A stretch of 64,000 nucleotides of DNA from a virus. The position numbers and the translations under genes were made by a program. The notes under the pieces were generated by a model, which had not been told where the DNA came from, ran no database searches, and was given only the letters and a program-made list of their open reading frames with translations. The stretch lies in IMG/VR virus record IMGVR_UViG_3300046804_000816, positions 1 to 64,000 of that record; one strand, given 5' to 3'. Position 1 is the stretch's first letter, and the number at the start of each line of letters is the position of its first letter. Of this stretch, positions 25,189 through 34,574 are shown in pieces.

Positions 25189-26052
25189 GTGATGATTCTC
25201 GTCGATTTCAGCCAAGTCATGATTTCAAATATCATGATGCAGCTAGCCAACAATGATAGTAAGCTCGAAGAAGATATGGTTCGCCATATGGTTCTTGCGA
25301 GCATTCGTTTGTACAAGAAGAAGTTTGGCTCGGAGTATGGCGAGATCGTTATCTGTGCCGACGGTCCTTCGTACTGGCGGCGCGAGATCTATCCACACTA
25401 CAAGGCTGGTCGTCGTAAGGCGCGTGAGAAATCTGCGCATGACTGGAATCTTATCTTCAATGCGCTGCACAAGATCCGCGATGAGATCGCTGAGAATATG
25501 CCGTATCCAGTTCTACGATTCGAGCGCGCAGAAGCTGATGATATCATTGGCGCTCTTTGTCACGCATATGGTCAGCACGGTATCGTCACTGAAAAGATTC
25601 TTATTATCTCTGGCGATAAAGACTTTGCGCAGTTGCAGAAGTATGATAATGTCGCGCAGTATTCGCCAATCACTAAGAAGTTCATTACGCCTGACGTAAA
25701 TCCAGAACGATTCAAGCAGTATCATATTCTGCAAGGCGATTCTGGTGACGGCGTACCTAACTTCTTGTCAGCTGACGACACATTCGTATCTGGCGGGCGT
25801 CAGAAGCCGCTTCCTAAGAAGAAGCTCGAAGAGTGGACGCTCATGAGTCCTGAAGAATATTGTCAGGGTGAGATGTTGCGCAATTATCACAGGAACAAGA
25901 TGATGGTTGATCTAGACTGCATTCCTGAAGACTTGCAGAGTGTGATCGTGTCTAAATACAATGAGTACCAGCGCAATCCGCGCGCCAAGATCTTCAACTA
26001 TTTCATCCAGCATCGACTGCGCCAGTTAACAGAATCTATCGGAGACTTCTAA
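25189..26052 (+). CDS. rnh: T4-type RNase H (5'-3' exonuclease)
   Basis: ILVDFSQ, YWRR...YKAGR, EADDIIG, SGDKDFAQL and GDSGDGVPN motifs. Confidence 0.93.
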   Translation: MMILVDFSQVMISNIMMQLANNDSKLEEDMVRHMVLASIRLYKKKFGSEYGEIVICADGPSYWRREIYPHYKAGRRKAREKSAHDWNLIFNALHKIRDEIAENMPYPVLRFERAEADDIIGALCHAYGQHGIVTEKILIISGDKDFAQLQKYDNVAQYSPITKKFITPDVNPERFKQYHILQGDSGDGVPNFLSADDTFVSGGRQKPLPKKKLEEWTLMSPEEYCQGEMLRNYHRNKMMVDLDCIPEDLQSVIVSKYNEYQRNPRAKIFNYFIQHRLRQLTESIGDF

Positions 26053-26243
26053 TGATTTACGTTCTAATCGTTGTTTCATACTTTGCTGGCGCAGGTGGCA
26101 ACGGTCAGACCGTGACTTTCCAAGAATTCAATAATAGAGAAGCGTGTCAATACGCCGCAACTGTAATCCGTGAGAAGAAGATCTCAGGTTATACCTGGGA
26201 TAATTATAAGTTAACATGCGTCCCGAAAGGAGAAATCAAGTGA
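26052..26243 (+). CDS. small hypothetical protein
   Basis: QEFNNREAC...CVPK motif. Confidence 0.6.
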   Translation: MIYVLIVVSYFAGAGGNGQTVTFQEFNNREACQYAATVIREKKISGYTWDNYKLTCVPKGEIK

Positions 26244-26311
26244 CGTACAAGGTAACCGCACGATTCGTTGAATATCCATATGTACAATCTTTTGACAACA
26301 AGGAGTCTGTT

Positions 26312-26797
26312 ATGAATGAGCAAGTTAATATGAATGATCTTGAGCAAGAACTCGTTTCCGTTATCAATCAGTCGACCAACAAGTCGATGGATATTGATCT
26401 TAATCGCTATAAGAACTTCGTTATGACTGTGACGAGTGAGCAGAGTCGCGTGATGGGCTCGTTCATTGAGCGTGCGGCTACGATTCACTATGGCAGTCAG
26501 CATCTGAATGTTCCGCTGCTTATGACTGCGCTGATTGGTCTTACGAGTGAGTCTGGCGAAGCGCAGGAAATCATGAAGAAGGTCTTGTTCCAGGGTAAGC
26601 CGTACACTGACGAGACGCGTGTTCTGCTTAAGAAGGAGCTTGGCGATGTTATGTGGTACTGGATGAACGCATGCAATGCTCTGCAGCTCGATCCTAATGA
26701 GGTTATCTCTCACAATGTCGATAAGCTGCAAGCCAGATATCCTGGTGGAACATTCAATGCGTTCTACTCCGAGAATCGCAAAGAAGGAGATGTTTAA
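26312..26797 (+). CDS. mazG: MazG-like nucleotide pyrophosphohydrolase
   Basis: GLTSESGE..EI.KK, KKELGDVMWY and NVDKLQARYP motifs. Confidence 0.88.
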   Translation: MNEQVNMNDLEQELVSVINQSTNKSMDIDLNRYKNFVMTVTSEQSRVMGSFIERAATIHYGSQHLNVPLLMTALIGLTSESGEAQEIMKKVLFQGKPYTDETRVLLKKELGDVMWYWMNACNALQLDPNEVISHNVDKLQARYPGGTFNAFYSENRKEGDV

Positions 26798-27225
26798 TGG
26801 CACTTGATACAAACAAGTGTATGGCGACTATCATTGATCTCATTGAGAAAGAGAAGAGTCGTAATAAGCAAGTCGATCTGTTGAAAGAGCATAGTTCTTA
26901 TGCTCTTAAGACAGTCCTTGGTTACGGCATGGATCCTAATGTGAAGTGGTTGCTTCCTGACGGCGATCCGCCATACAAGCCGCTCTTTGATGCAGCGGAT
27001 CAAGAAGGGCGCTTCTATACAGAATGCAAGAAGCTGATCTACTTCGTCGATAGCGAGGAGGGACAACAGGTTAAGCAAGTTCGTCGTGAACAGCTGTTTA
27101 TTCAGATTCTTGAATCTATCGATCCGCGCGATGCGAAGCTTCTTCTTCGTATGAAGAACAAGAAGCTGAAAGTCAAGTTGGATGCAGTCAAGGAAGCATT
27201 CCCTAATCTCGCTGGCAATTGGTGA
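26797..27225 (+). CDS. conserved T4-like hypothetical protein
   Basis: LPDGDPPY and RREQLFIQILE...EAFP motifs. Confidence 0.75.
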   Translation: MALDTNKCMATIIDLIEKEKSRNKQVDLLKEHSSYALKTVLGYGMDPNVKWLLPDGDPPYKPLFDAADQEGRFYTECKKLIYFVDSEEGQQVKQVRREQLFIQILESIDPRDAKLLLRMKNKKLKVKLDAVKEAFPNLAGNW

Positions 27226-27228
27226 TTT

Positions 27229-27807
27229 ATGAATACAGCCTTTATCATTGGTAACGGTACGACCCGTAAAGGGTTTGATCTTTCCAGACTCAAGTCGTAT
27301 GGAACAATCTATGGATGCAATGCGCTTTATCGTGATTTCCCTGATCACTCTATTCCTGATTTCCTCGTTGCTATTGATGACGGTATTATTGCAGAGATAG
27401 AAGGAAGCGCATTTCCTTCTAGACGTGTGATCATTCCGCCTATGGATGAGCGATGGGAACCGGCTGAATGTAATATTGGTCGTCCTCGTAGCAATGCAGG
27501 CATGAATGCAATGCGCGAAGCTATCAAGGCTGGATACGATCAGTTGATCTGTCTTGGCTTTGATTTCATGATCGAAGACGACAAGCAACTACTGTCGAAT
27601 ATGTACGATGGTACGGAAAACTACGGACCCAGCACTCGTGCGAACGCAGCTGATAACCCTGGTCGCCTGAACTATATGCAATGGCTTGTATCTAAGAATC
27701 CAGAAGTGGACTTCATTTATATTTTTCCTAGCGACTTGACAATTAGCAAGATTCATGGTAAAAATGTATATTACAACTCTTACGAAAACCTTCTGAAGCA
27801 TACATAG
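27229..27807 (+). CDS. Rossmann-like protein (sialyltransferase/MptE-like fold)
   Basis: IIGNGTTR, YGCNALYRD, PDFLVAID and LGFDF motifs. Confidence 0.6.
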   Translation: MNTAFIIGNGTTRKGFDLSRLKSYGTIYGCNALYRDFPDHSIPDFLVAIDDGIIAEIEGSAFPSRRVIIPPMDERWEPAECNIGRPRSNAGMNAMREAIKAGYDQLICLGFDFMIEDDKQLLSNMYDGTENYGPSTRANAADNPGRLNYMQWLVSKNPEVDFIYIFPSDLTISKIHGKNVYYNSYENLLKHT

Positions 27808-27833
27808 ACATACAAATCTCAGAAGGAGGGATT

Positions 27834-29219
27834 ATGGTCAAGAAAATCTTTTTAGAAAAGTCTTATCGCGATCAGATGGATCATGTTCTGGGTAAGTTCC
27901 TGGATCATGATTGCTATGATCTTGTGCTTACTGAAGACACTGATGTTTATGAGCCATTGACGCCACTACAGATTATGATGGGCGAAACACATAGCGAGAA
28001 GAACATTCTGTGCAAGTTCCGTAAGAATGTGTTTCCTAAAGAGATGACCGATAAGGCTTATACTGCGCTTCGTTCCGGCGCGCTGATGTCAGACAATCGT
28101 GGTCTTGCTGCAGGCATCGAGCGCGATACTGAGTTTCAGAAACTGCCAGACGGTCAGGGGCAGCGTCGTTGGGTTACGCAACGCGAGAAAGCTGTTCTTC
28201 AGTATATCATGGATGGCAGTCCTAAGTCGATTGCTGGTGAAGATCGGCTGCTGGAAATCTACGAGACTACATCTAACAAACCTTTGCAAGGACGTGGCTC
28301 TGGTGCTAACAAGTCTCTCGCAGAAATTGGTGCTGGTGCTATCTGGATCGTGCATAAGACGACTGAGTTCAAGTTCGACGACTGGTTCTTTTCCATCAAA
28401 GATCTTTCTCCCGAAGAACGTAGAGACAAAGCGCAGTATGTTCTCGATGAACTGATTTCTGCTTCAACGTATGCTAATGGCGTTCGTTCAGGCGTCGGTG
28501 GCTTCATGGATCGCTATCCGCGTATTCCATTCTGTCGTGAGACTGGCTGGAGTGCGAATCACAAAGAACTGTATGAAGACGCGCTTCCGCTGTTCCATGC
28601 TGCTGCGAATGTTTACAAGAACGAGCTTCCCGTAAGATACATGGGTCAGATGGAAGCTATGGAGCGTCTTGGTCCTGATTGGCAGATTGGTCATACGCCT
28701 TACACAACGCTCACTATCAATCGCGACTTCCGCACAGCAGCGCATCGCGACGTTGGTGATCTCTGCGAGTCCTGGGAAACGCATGAGAATCCGCGTGGAT
28801 TTAGCAATTTGCTCGTACTAGATAATGGAAAGAACTACAACGGATTTTATCTGTGCTTCCCTGAGTTCCGCGTTGCAGCAGATATTCGTGCTGGCGATTT
28901 GATTATGATGAACGCGCATCGTATTCATAGCAATAGTCCTGCATTTGATTATGAAGAAGGCTTTGAGCGTATGTCGGTCGTGATGTACTTCCGCGAGTCC
29001 ATGCTTAATTGTGGCTCTAAGAAGTACGAAGAAACGAGAAAGCGTTTTGTTTATTCTCGTCGCGATAATAAAGATCATCCTCTCTGGCATACAGGTTGGA
29101 ATGGTGTCTCACCAAATATGTGGGAAACTGAAGAATGGGCTAACTTCTTGGGTAACAGCGGATTCCCAGAGGAAGCAAATGAAATCCTACATAATCTTGG
29201 TCTAGAGCCAGCGCACTAA
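27834..29219 (+). CDS. TET/JBP-family 2OG-Fe(II) nucleobase dioxygenase
   Basis: YTTLTINRDFRTAAHRD (HxD), GDLIMMNAHRIHSN (distal His), ERMSVVMYFRE (2OG-binding Arg) and DRYPRIPFCR. Confidence 0.82.
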   Translation: MVKKIFLEKSYRDQMDHVLGKFLDHDCYDLVLTEDTDVYEPLTPLQIMMGETHSEKNILCKFRKNVFPKEMTDKAYTALRSGALMSDNRGLAAGIERDTEFQKLPDGQGQRRWVTQREKAVLQYIMDGSPKSIAGEDRLLEIYETTSNKPLQGRGSGANKSLAEIGAGAIWIVHKTTEFKFDDWFFSIKDLSPEERRDKAQYVLDELISASTYANGVRSGVGGFMDRYPRIPFCRETGWSANHKELYEDALPLFHAAANVYKNELPVRYMGQMEAMERLGPDWQIGHTPYTTLTINRDFRTAAHRDVGDLCESWETHENPRGFSNLLVLDNGKNYNGFYLCFPEFRVAADIRAGDLIMMNAHRIHSNSPAFDYEEGFERMSVVMYFRESMLNCGSKKYEETRKRFVYSRRDNKDHPLWHTGWNGVSPNMWETEEWANFLGNSGFPEEANEILHNLGLEPAH

Positions 29220-29232
29220 CAAAGGATTTGTA

Positions 29233-30792
29233 ATGTATTGTGTGATTCCAGCTGCGGGTCGTGGTGTTCGTTTCCATGAGCTCGGAAAGCACTACCCCAA
29301 ATGTGTTCTTCCGTTTCAAGATGTACCAATTATCGTTCACAACATTAGACTGGCTCTCGATTCGGGAGCCAGAGAAGTATGTATCGTAGTCGGACATCAA
29401 GGAAACAAGATTCGCGAAATCGTTGGGATGTACTTTCCTGAAGATCCACGAATTGTGTTTGAAGAATACAGAACAGCCGCAGATAGAGAAGGACCTGGCG
29501 TCTCGATCTACTGCGGCATCCCTTCAGATATCAAAGAAGAACCTGTTCTCGTTCTTCTCAGCGATATCGTCATTACTTCTCCCACGCTAAATTCATACAG
29601 AACGTCCTGGATTAGCACGCAGAAAGTTGCTGATTGGGAACGTTGGTGTATGGCTGAAATAAAAGAAGACGAAATCGTTGCATTTCATGATAAGCCAAGA
29701 GATATGCCACCAACAGATCGTGCTGTCAGTGGCGTTTACTATTTCCAGAACGGTGAGTTCTTTAGACATTGCTTGATTGATGCAATTCATGGTACGCGCG
29801 AAGGAGAAGTACAAATATCTTCTGCGATGTCGCGTTACATGAAGCAAGAAAAGATTCACAGCAAGAATCTTGATATCATTGACTTTGGCACGCTGGAAGA
29901 ATATCTTCAGAACAGAAGCGTTCCCAATTCGCGCAGTTTCAATAGTCTCTTTCCCTCCAGCGACGGCACGACTATCACGAAGACTTCTGTCGTTCATCCA
30001 GACAAGATTCATGCAGAAGCGAACTGGTACGATAATCTACCGACTCCCATCAAAGTGATGACGCCACGCATCTTCGACAAGAAGTTGTATGGCGATCGTC
30101 CGACTTACACGATGGAGCGCGTCGATAGTCCTACGTTGCGCGAGCTTTATCTGTATCTCGAATCTGATCCTATCTTCTGGGCTGAGATCTTTACGAAACT
30201 GTTTGATCTTACCGACAAGTTCAAATTCTATTTCAAGCCAGGCAAGCCACAGTTCTTCAAGAAGATTGCTGAGAAAACCCATCAGCGATGCTTGCTGATT
30301 GAGAAAGATAGTCCTAGATGCCAGGACGTTGACTTTATAGAAAAGTTCACGAAGATGGCTGAAGACGGCGAGTTTGATATATTCCCCGATTCGCTGTTTC
30401 ACGGCGATCTGTGCTTCTCGAATGTGTTCTTTCATCCAGGCAGCAAACAGATCAAGCTGATCGACCCGCGCGGTGATGCGTACGGTAACATTCTGTATGA
30501 TTTGGCTAAGATTACACATTCAGCCTATTATCCATACGACTATGTGGACGCGGAGCTTTATCTAAATAAGAATGGCGAGACGTTGTACTTTGATAGTGGT
30601 AAAGAAATTGTTCGCCAAGCATACAAGAAACTATTCGTAGCCAAATATGGCGAATCTGCTTGGCGCATTAATTTGTTCTTGACAGCGTCTCTATTTTTGA
30701 GTATGATACCACTTCACTCACACAACAAGGTGAATCAAGAGTTATTCTATGCCCTCTATCGTAAGGCGGCCGCAGACAGCGGAATTGTTTGA
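29233..30792 (+). CDS. sugar-phosphate nucleotidyltransferase fused to an APH/choline-kinase-like domain
   Basis: N-terminal IPAAGRGVRF...PKC and SGVYYF; C-terminal RSFN, FHGDLCFSN, IDPRG and YDLAK. Confidence 0.85.
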   Translation: MYCVIPAAGRGVRFHELGKHYPKCVLPFQDVPIIVHNIRLALDSGAREVCIVVGHQGNKIREIVGMYFPEDPRIVFEEYRTAADREGPGVSIYCGIPSDIKEEPVLVLLSDIVITSPTLNSYRTSWISTQKVADWERWCMAEIKEDEIVAFHDKPRDMPPTDRAVSGVYYFQNGEFFRHCLIDAIHGTREGEVQISSAMSRYMKQEKIHSKNLDIIDFGTLEEYLQNRSVPNSRSFNSLFPSSDGTTITKTSVVHPDKIHAEANWYDNLPTPIKVMTPRIFDKKLYGDRPTYTMERVDSPTLRELYLYLESDPIFWAEIFTKLFDLTDKFKFYFKPGKPQFFKKIAEKTHQRCLLIEKDSPRCQDVDFIEKFTKMAEDGEFDIFPDSLFHGDLCFSNVFFHPGSKQIKLIDPRGDAYGNILYDLAKITHSAYYPYDYVDAELYLNKNGETLYFDSGKEIVRQAYKKLFVAKYGESAWRINLFLTASLFLSMIPLHSHNKVNQELFYALYRKAAADSGIV

Positions 30793-31141
30793 AAACAGCC
30801 TTGTGGTCGATCTAGATCACACACTATGCGTTGGCGATCTTAACATACACAGTTCAGTCGACCGATACGCCAGCGCAGAACCAATCACAGAAACAATCGA
30901 GAAATTGCGTGAAGCGCATAGTAAAGGCTGGTACATTACCATTCTTACTGCGCGCCATATGCGCACAACGAACAACGACGTTGAGTATGCGTTCAACAAG
31001 CTAGGCAAAATCACTGAAGACTGGCTTGATAGACACAACGTTCCGTTCGATCAACTTGTGTTTGGTAAGCCATATGGTATGTGGTATATCGACGATAAAG
31101 CAATGACATTGGATACATTTGTAAATGACTTCGAGCCCTAA
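30749..31141 (+). CDS. HAD-superfamily phosphatase (capsule-biosynthesis type)
   Basis: DLDHTL (DxDxT), LTARHM and FGKP...YIDDKA motifs; the true start may be later. Confidence 0.85.
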   Translation: MPSIVRRPQTAELFENSLVVDLDHTLCVGDLNIHSSVDRYASAEPITETIEKLREAHSKGWYITILTARHMRTTNNDVEYAFNKLGKITEDWLDRHNVPFDQLVFGKPYGMWYIDDKAMTLDTFVNDFEP

Positions 31142-31955
31142 GATTATAATCACTACGTTCATGCGCGAAGACAAGCAGAAAGCTGTCTTCCAGATTCCTG
31201 CGTCGTTGCACGAGCACGTCTATATGTTCACGCGAGTAGATCGCGTCGATGAGCTGCGTAAGTATGTTCCTGAAACGATTCGCATCATCGGCAATCCTAT
31301 GGATATCGACGGCATCGCAGATATTCGTCAGCGTTGCATCGAGCAAGTTCCGAAGGGAAAGGTGTGGGTCATCGACGATCTCTGCACCTTTGGATGGCGC
31401 GACGATAATCTAAAACAGTACAACGATATGGACAAGCAGAAATGGCTAAGTCTGTATAACAAGATGAACGATATGCTCGACGAGTATATGCAGGTAGGTA
31501 TCTCAGCTCGCGGCGGCAACAATCATGTGACAGATCCCTTCAAGGAAGTCGGTCGTGCATACACCACGTATGGATTGCGCACAGACTGGATGGAGCGCGA
31601 AGGTATTCGTTTCGACGGTATGTATCAGCAGAATCCGAACGTAAAGCTCTACGAAGATTACTGGATCACGCTCTCGATGCTGACTAAGGGATTCAAGAAC
31701 GCGATCATCTACAACTTCTTCTTCAATTATGTTCACAACAACACTGGAGGTAATTCAACATTCAGAACGCTAGAACTACAAGAACAAGCAGCGTATGAAT
31801 TGCAAAAGCATTTCCCTCAGTTCGTTACAGTAGAAACTAAAGAAGGAACATGGGGAAAGATGGGTATGGAGAATCGTAAAGAAGTTCGCATACAGTGGCA
31901 GAAAGCATATCAAAGCTCACAGTTCACTAACAATCTCGAATCGTTCTTCTCGTAA
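31125..31955 (+). CDS. TET-associated GT-A glycosyltransferase (TAGT/GREB1-like)
   Basis: GIADIRQ, VIDD, EDYWITLSMLTKG, GGNSTFRT and RKEVRIQWQKAY motifs. Confidence 0.75.
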   Translation: MTSSPKIIITTFMREDKQKAVFQIPASLHEHVYMFTRVDRVDELRKYVPETIRIIGNPMDIDGIADIRQRCIEQVPKGKVWVIDDLCTFGWRDDNLKQYNDMDKQKWLSLYNKMNDMLDEYMQVGISARGGNNHVTDPFKEVGRAYTTYGLRTDWMEREGIRFDGMYQQNPNVKLYEDYWITLSMLTKGFKNAIIYNFFFNYVHNNTGGNSTFRTLELQEQAAYELQKHFPQFVTVETKEGTWGKMGMENRKEVRIQWQKAYQSSQFTNNLESFFS

Positions 31956-31966
31956 AGGAAACAAGA

Positions 31967-32326
31967 ATGTCTTCAATGGATTTCATCGTCGGAGTACTCG
32001 TCTCGGCTGCATCGTGGATGATTGGTATCGCGCTCGCACGATACGTGATGCGTAAATATCTTGGATGGGGCGACACAGCTACGGAAATCAGTTCTACGCA
32101 TACAGACGACATCGTCGACTTCGACAAAAGCGAGCGCCCGTACATTCCTATTCGTATTGTTAAAGAACATGGACAGTACTATGCGTGGTTCGCGCTGAAT
32201 GATTCGTTCATCGGTCAGGCTGATAAGTTATATGAGCTGCGCCAAATGGCCCACGACAATATACTAAAACAGATCGGGCTTAGACTTGAGTTTGACATCG
32301 ATTTGAAGCAAAAGAAAAAGCCTTGA
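31967..32326 (+). CDS. membrane-anchored hypothetical protein
   Basis: N-terminal TM helix; AAGGA SD. Confidence 0.6.
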   Translation: MSSMDFIVGVLVSAASWMIGIALARYVMRKYLGWGDTATEISSTHTDDIVDFDKSERPYIPIRIVKEHGQYYAWFALNDSFIGQADKLYELRQMAHDNILKQIGLRLEFDIDLKQKKKP

Positions 32327-32351
32327 CAATTATCCTATAGCGCGCTAGAAT
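32323..32351 (+). promoter_or_regulatory. early sigma70-type promoter
   Basis: CCTTGACA-N17-TAGAAT. Confidence 0.8.
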
Positions 32352-32378
32352 TAAGAGTTAGCTATGGAGTAATCAAAA

Positions 32379-32672
32379 ATGTCTATGGTTCAGCTCAAGG
32401 CGCGCTATAGTGAAGCTAAAGTAGCAGGTAAACGAAAATCCAAGGTTTGTAAGTTCAATCCTAACATAAAATATGTCGAACACAGTCTAGCTCTAGTTGA
32501 AGCTAAAGCTATACTACACGATCGTGATCTTAGCTTTACCGATAAATTCTCGATCTTAGCTATAATTAAAATCATCGAGCGTAAGCTAGACTTTCATTAT
32601 AAGCACAACGACTTCGACTTGACTATAGCTACAGCAGAGCTCAAGCGCGCCAGAAAATTATTAAAAATATAA
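32379..32672 (+). CDS. early basic hypothetical protein in a TA/AGCT-rich island
   Basis: GGAG SD; own promoter and terminator. Confidence 0.6.
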   Translation: MSMVQLKARYSEAKVAGKRKSKVCKFNPNIKYVEHSLALVEAKAILHDRDLSFTDKFSILAIIKIIERKLDFHYKHNDFDLTIATAELKRARKLLKI

Positions 32673-32684
32673 ATCCAGCAAAAT

Positions 32685-32714
32685 CAGGGGCTTAGTCGCT
32701 AAGTCCCTGTTTTT
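32685..32714 (+). terminator. intrinsic terminator
   Basis: CAGGGGCTTAG/CTAAGTCCCTG stem followed by a T tract. Confidence 0.75.
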
Positions 32715-32721
32715 ATTAGCC

Positions 32722-32750
32722 TTGACAACTCGCCCTTTCCGTGATAGAAT
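32722..32750 (+). promoter_or_regulatory. early promoter
   Basis: TTGACA-N17-TAGAAT; shares CCGTGATAGAAT...ATATGATGAAA with the next promoter. Confidence 0.85.
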
Positions 32751-32777
32751 GTATATATGATGAAAATGGAGAAAAAA

Positions 32778-32981
32778 ATGAGTGACACGAAAACGGTAGT
32801 GAAAAAGCTGGTTTCTTCGGTTGCAGATGCCAATGGTTATGCGTATACCGCAGGTTACCTTGAATCGCTGCTTGTAGAGATTATCGAGCGAAACGTCAAG
32901 GATAAAGACAAGCTCCAGCTGCTGCATGTCGAGCTTCTGATGAAGGCTATCGACGCCAAATTAGATAAAATGGCCGCTTGA
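32778..32981 (+). CDS. early hypothetical protein
   Basis: GYAYTAGYLESLL motif; GGAG SD. Confidence 0.65.
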   Translation: MSDTKTVVKKLVSSVADANGYAYTAGYLESLLVEIIERNVKDKDKLQLLHVELLMKAIDAKLDKMAA

Positions 32982-33006
32982 CAACCGTCTCCGCCCGTGA
33001 TAGAAT
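32978..33006 (+). promoter_or_regulatory. early promoter
   Basis: TTGACA-N17-TAGAAT. Confidence 0.85.
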
Positions 33007-33031
33007 ATGTTATATGATGAAAGGAAACGAA

Positions 33032-33271
33032 ATGGCTAACCTTACCGCTTATCAGGTTCTCCGCCTTATCGCCAACGCCAAGTTCCGTCAGATGGATTCC
33101 TACGATCTTCAGGCGTTCGCTGGCGTTGAGAACACCGATGCGCTGATTCACTACGCGGATGAAGCCTACGAAAAATATACGATCATTCTCGACGGTGAGA
33201 AAGTCTGTCTGGTCGACGAGTGGGGCTACGAGTCTCACTACGAGCTTGGCGAGAACGTTTTCGCTCGATAG
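33032..33271 (+). CDS. early hypothetical protein
   Basis: AAAGGA SD just downstream of the promoter. Confidence 0.65.
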   Translation: MANLTAYQVLRLIANAKFRQMDSYDLQAFAGVENTDALIHYADEAYEKYTIILDGEKVCLVDEWGYESHYELGENVFAR

Positions 33272-33280
33272 GGGTATATC

Positions 33281-33478
33281 ATGTCTATCAATGAATATGT
33301 CACATTGGCTGAGCGCATTGAGTCGCTGATTCGACGGACTGGGACTTACAATAAGTCCAAAGAGCGCATTCTCGAAGAGTTGCTCTTTATCGCGCAAGAT
33401 CTTCGCGCTCAGGCTGATTGGTTAGATGCGGCTATGGAAAAGGAGCTTTGCGATGAACGACACGTTTCTGCCCGCTGA
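33281..33478 (+). CDS. hypothetical protein
   Basis: ORF with SD in early operon. Confidence 0.6.
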   Translation: MSINEYVTLAERIESLIRRTGTYNKSKERILEELLFIAQDLRAQADWLDAAMEKELCDERHVSAR

Positions 33479-33656
33479 TCCAGCGTCTTCGCGCGACGAG
33501 ATCGTCGAAGCATTGTATGAGCGCCTGAAGGAAGTGCGTCGAGCGAGCTTAGTCAAGTTTCCGCTCGAAGACGAATTTGAACTGGGTATCAACTGTCGTC
33601 TAGCCAACGAAGCTGAGTGGCTGGAAGATCTGCTCGACAAGATTGAGAGGAGCTGA
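33453..33656 (+). CDS. hypothetical protein
   Basis: AAGGAG SD. Confidence 0.6.
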   Translation: MNDTFLPADPASSRDEIVEALYERLKEVRRASLVKFPLEDEFELGINCRLANEAEWLEDLLDKIERS

Positions 33657-33658
33657 CT

Positions 33659-34147
33659 ATGCCTAACTGGTGCCACAATATCTTTACGGTTTCGCACGAA
33701 GATCCCGCGATGATCACTAAGTTCGCGGAAGCTCTAAAGGCTGAGAATCTGTTCCAGACATTTGTTCCGCTCTCGACCGAAGAGTGGGAATATGGTACAG
33801 CCACGGAAGAGTGGGGCACCAAGTGGGACGTGACGTATGGCGATGTTTCTATCGAAGAAGATGGTAAGACTTGCCACGGCTGGTTTGAAACAGCGTGGGG
33901 TCCAGGCATTCGCGCATACGAAAAACTGTTTGATCACGGCTTCGACGTTGATGTTGTTTATCATGAGCCTGGAATGTGCTTCGCTGGTCGATTTACTTCG
34001 CCGTTCGATGACTACTGCGTAGAGTATGACTTCTCGAACGAGAACTGGCGCGAGGAAATCGACGACGATGAAATAGTCGATATGCTAGAACAAGAATACC
34101 AAAACTGGCTAGAGTGGCAGGAAGAAGAAAATCAAGAGGTGAAGTGA
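33659..34147 (+). CDS. DUF1281/YubB ferredoxin-like protein
   Basis: MPNWCHN, WGTKWD, FETAW.P and YHEPGMCFAG motifs. Confidence 0.8.
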   Translation: MPNWCHNIFTVSHEDPAMITKFAEALKAENLFQTFVPLSTEEWEYGTATEEWGTKWDVTYGDVSIEEDGKTCHGWFETAWGPGIRAYEKLFDHGFDVDVVYHEPGMCFAGRFTSPFDDYCVEYDFSNENWREEIDDDEIVDMLEQEYQNWLEWQEEENQEVK

Positions 34148-34347
34148 TGCCTTACGTTGAAGTAGAGATCGATCTTCACGACTTTGAAACAGAAGACTTG
34201 ATCAGAGAACTGAAGAATCGAAACCGTTACAATGAGCAAGACATTGATGTCTTATACAAGATTCGCTCAGCCTATATACTAGAGAAGCCAGAGCAGTTTC
34301 GTAAGACTTTGGAAAAGATTCTAGATGAGAATGGTATGCGTGTATGA
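34147..34347 (+). CDS. hypothetical protein
   Basis: VEIDLHDFETEDLIRELKNR motif; coupled ORF. Confidence 0.6.
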   Translation: MPYVEVEIDLHDFETEDLIRELKNRNRYNEQDIDVLYKIRSAYILEKPEQFRKTLEKILDENGMRV

Positions 34348-34574
34348 CCGACGAAGAAATCGTAAAAGATCGTTTCGTGAAGTTCATCTACGAAACGATG
34401 GAACACATCGATCGTGGTACGCCTGGCGACAACGCCAGATTCATCACGAACGTGACTTTCGAAGTTATACTGAAAACGTGGGAAGACGTACACGGCGCAG
34501 AGAAGATGGCTGAATATTTCTATCAGATCGCGGACTCGCTGGTCGATAGGTCTAATCTGGAGAATCTGTTTTGA
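34344..34574 (+). CDS. hypothetical protein
   Basis: Coupled ORF. Confidence 0.55.
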   Translation: MTDEEIVKDRFVKFIYETMEHIDRGTPGDNARFITNVTFEVILKTWEDVHGAEKMAEYFYQIADSLVDRSNLENLF

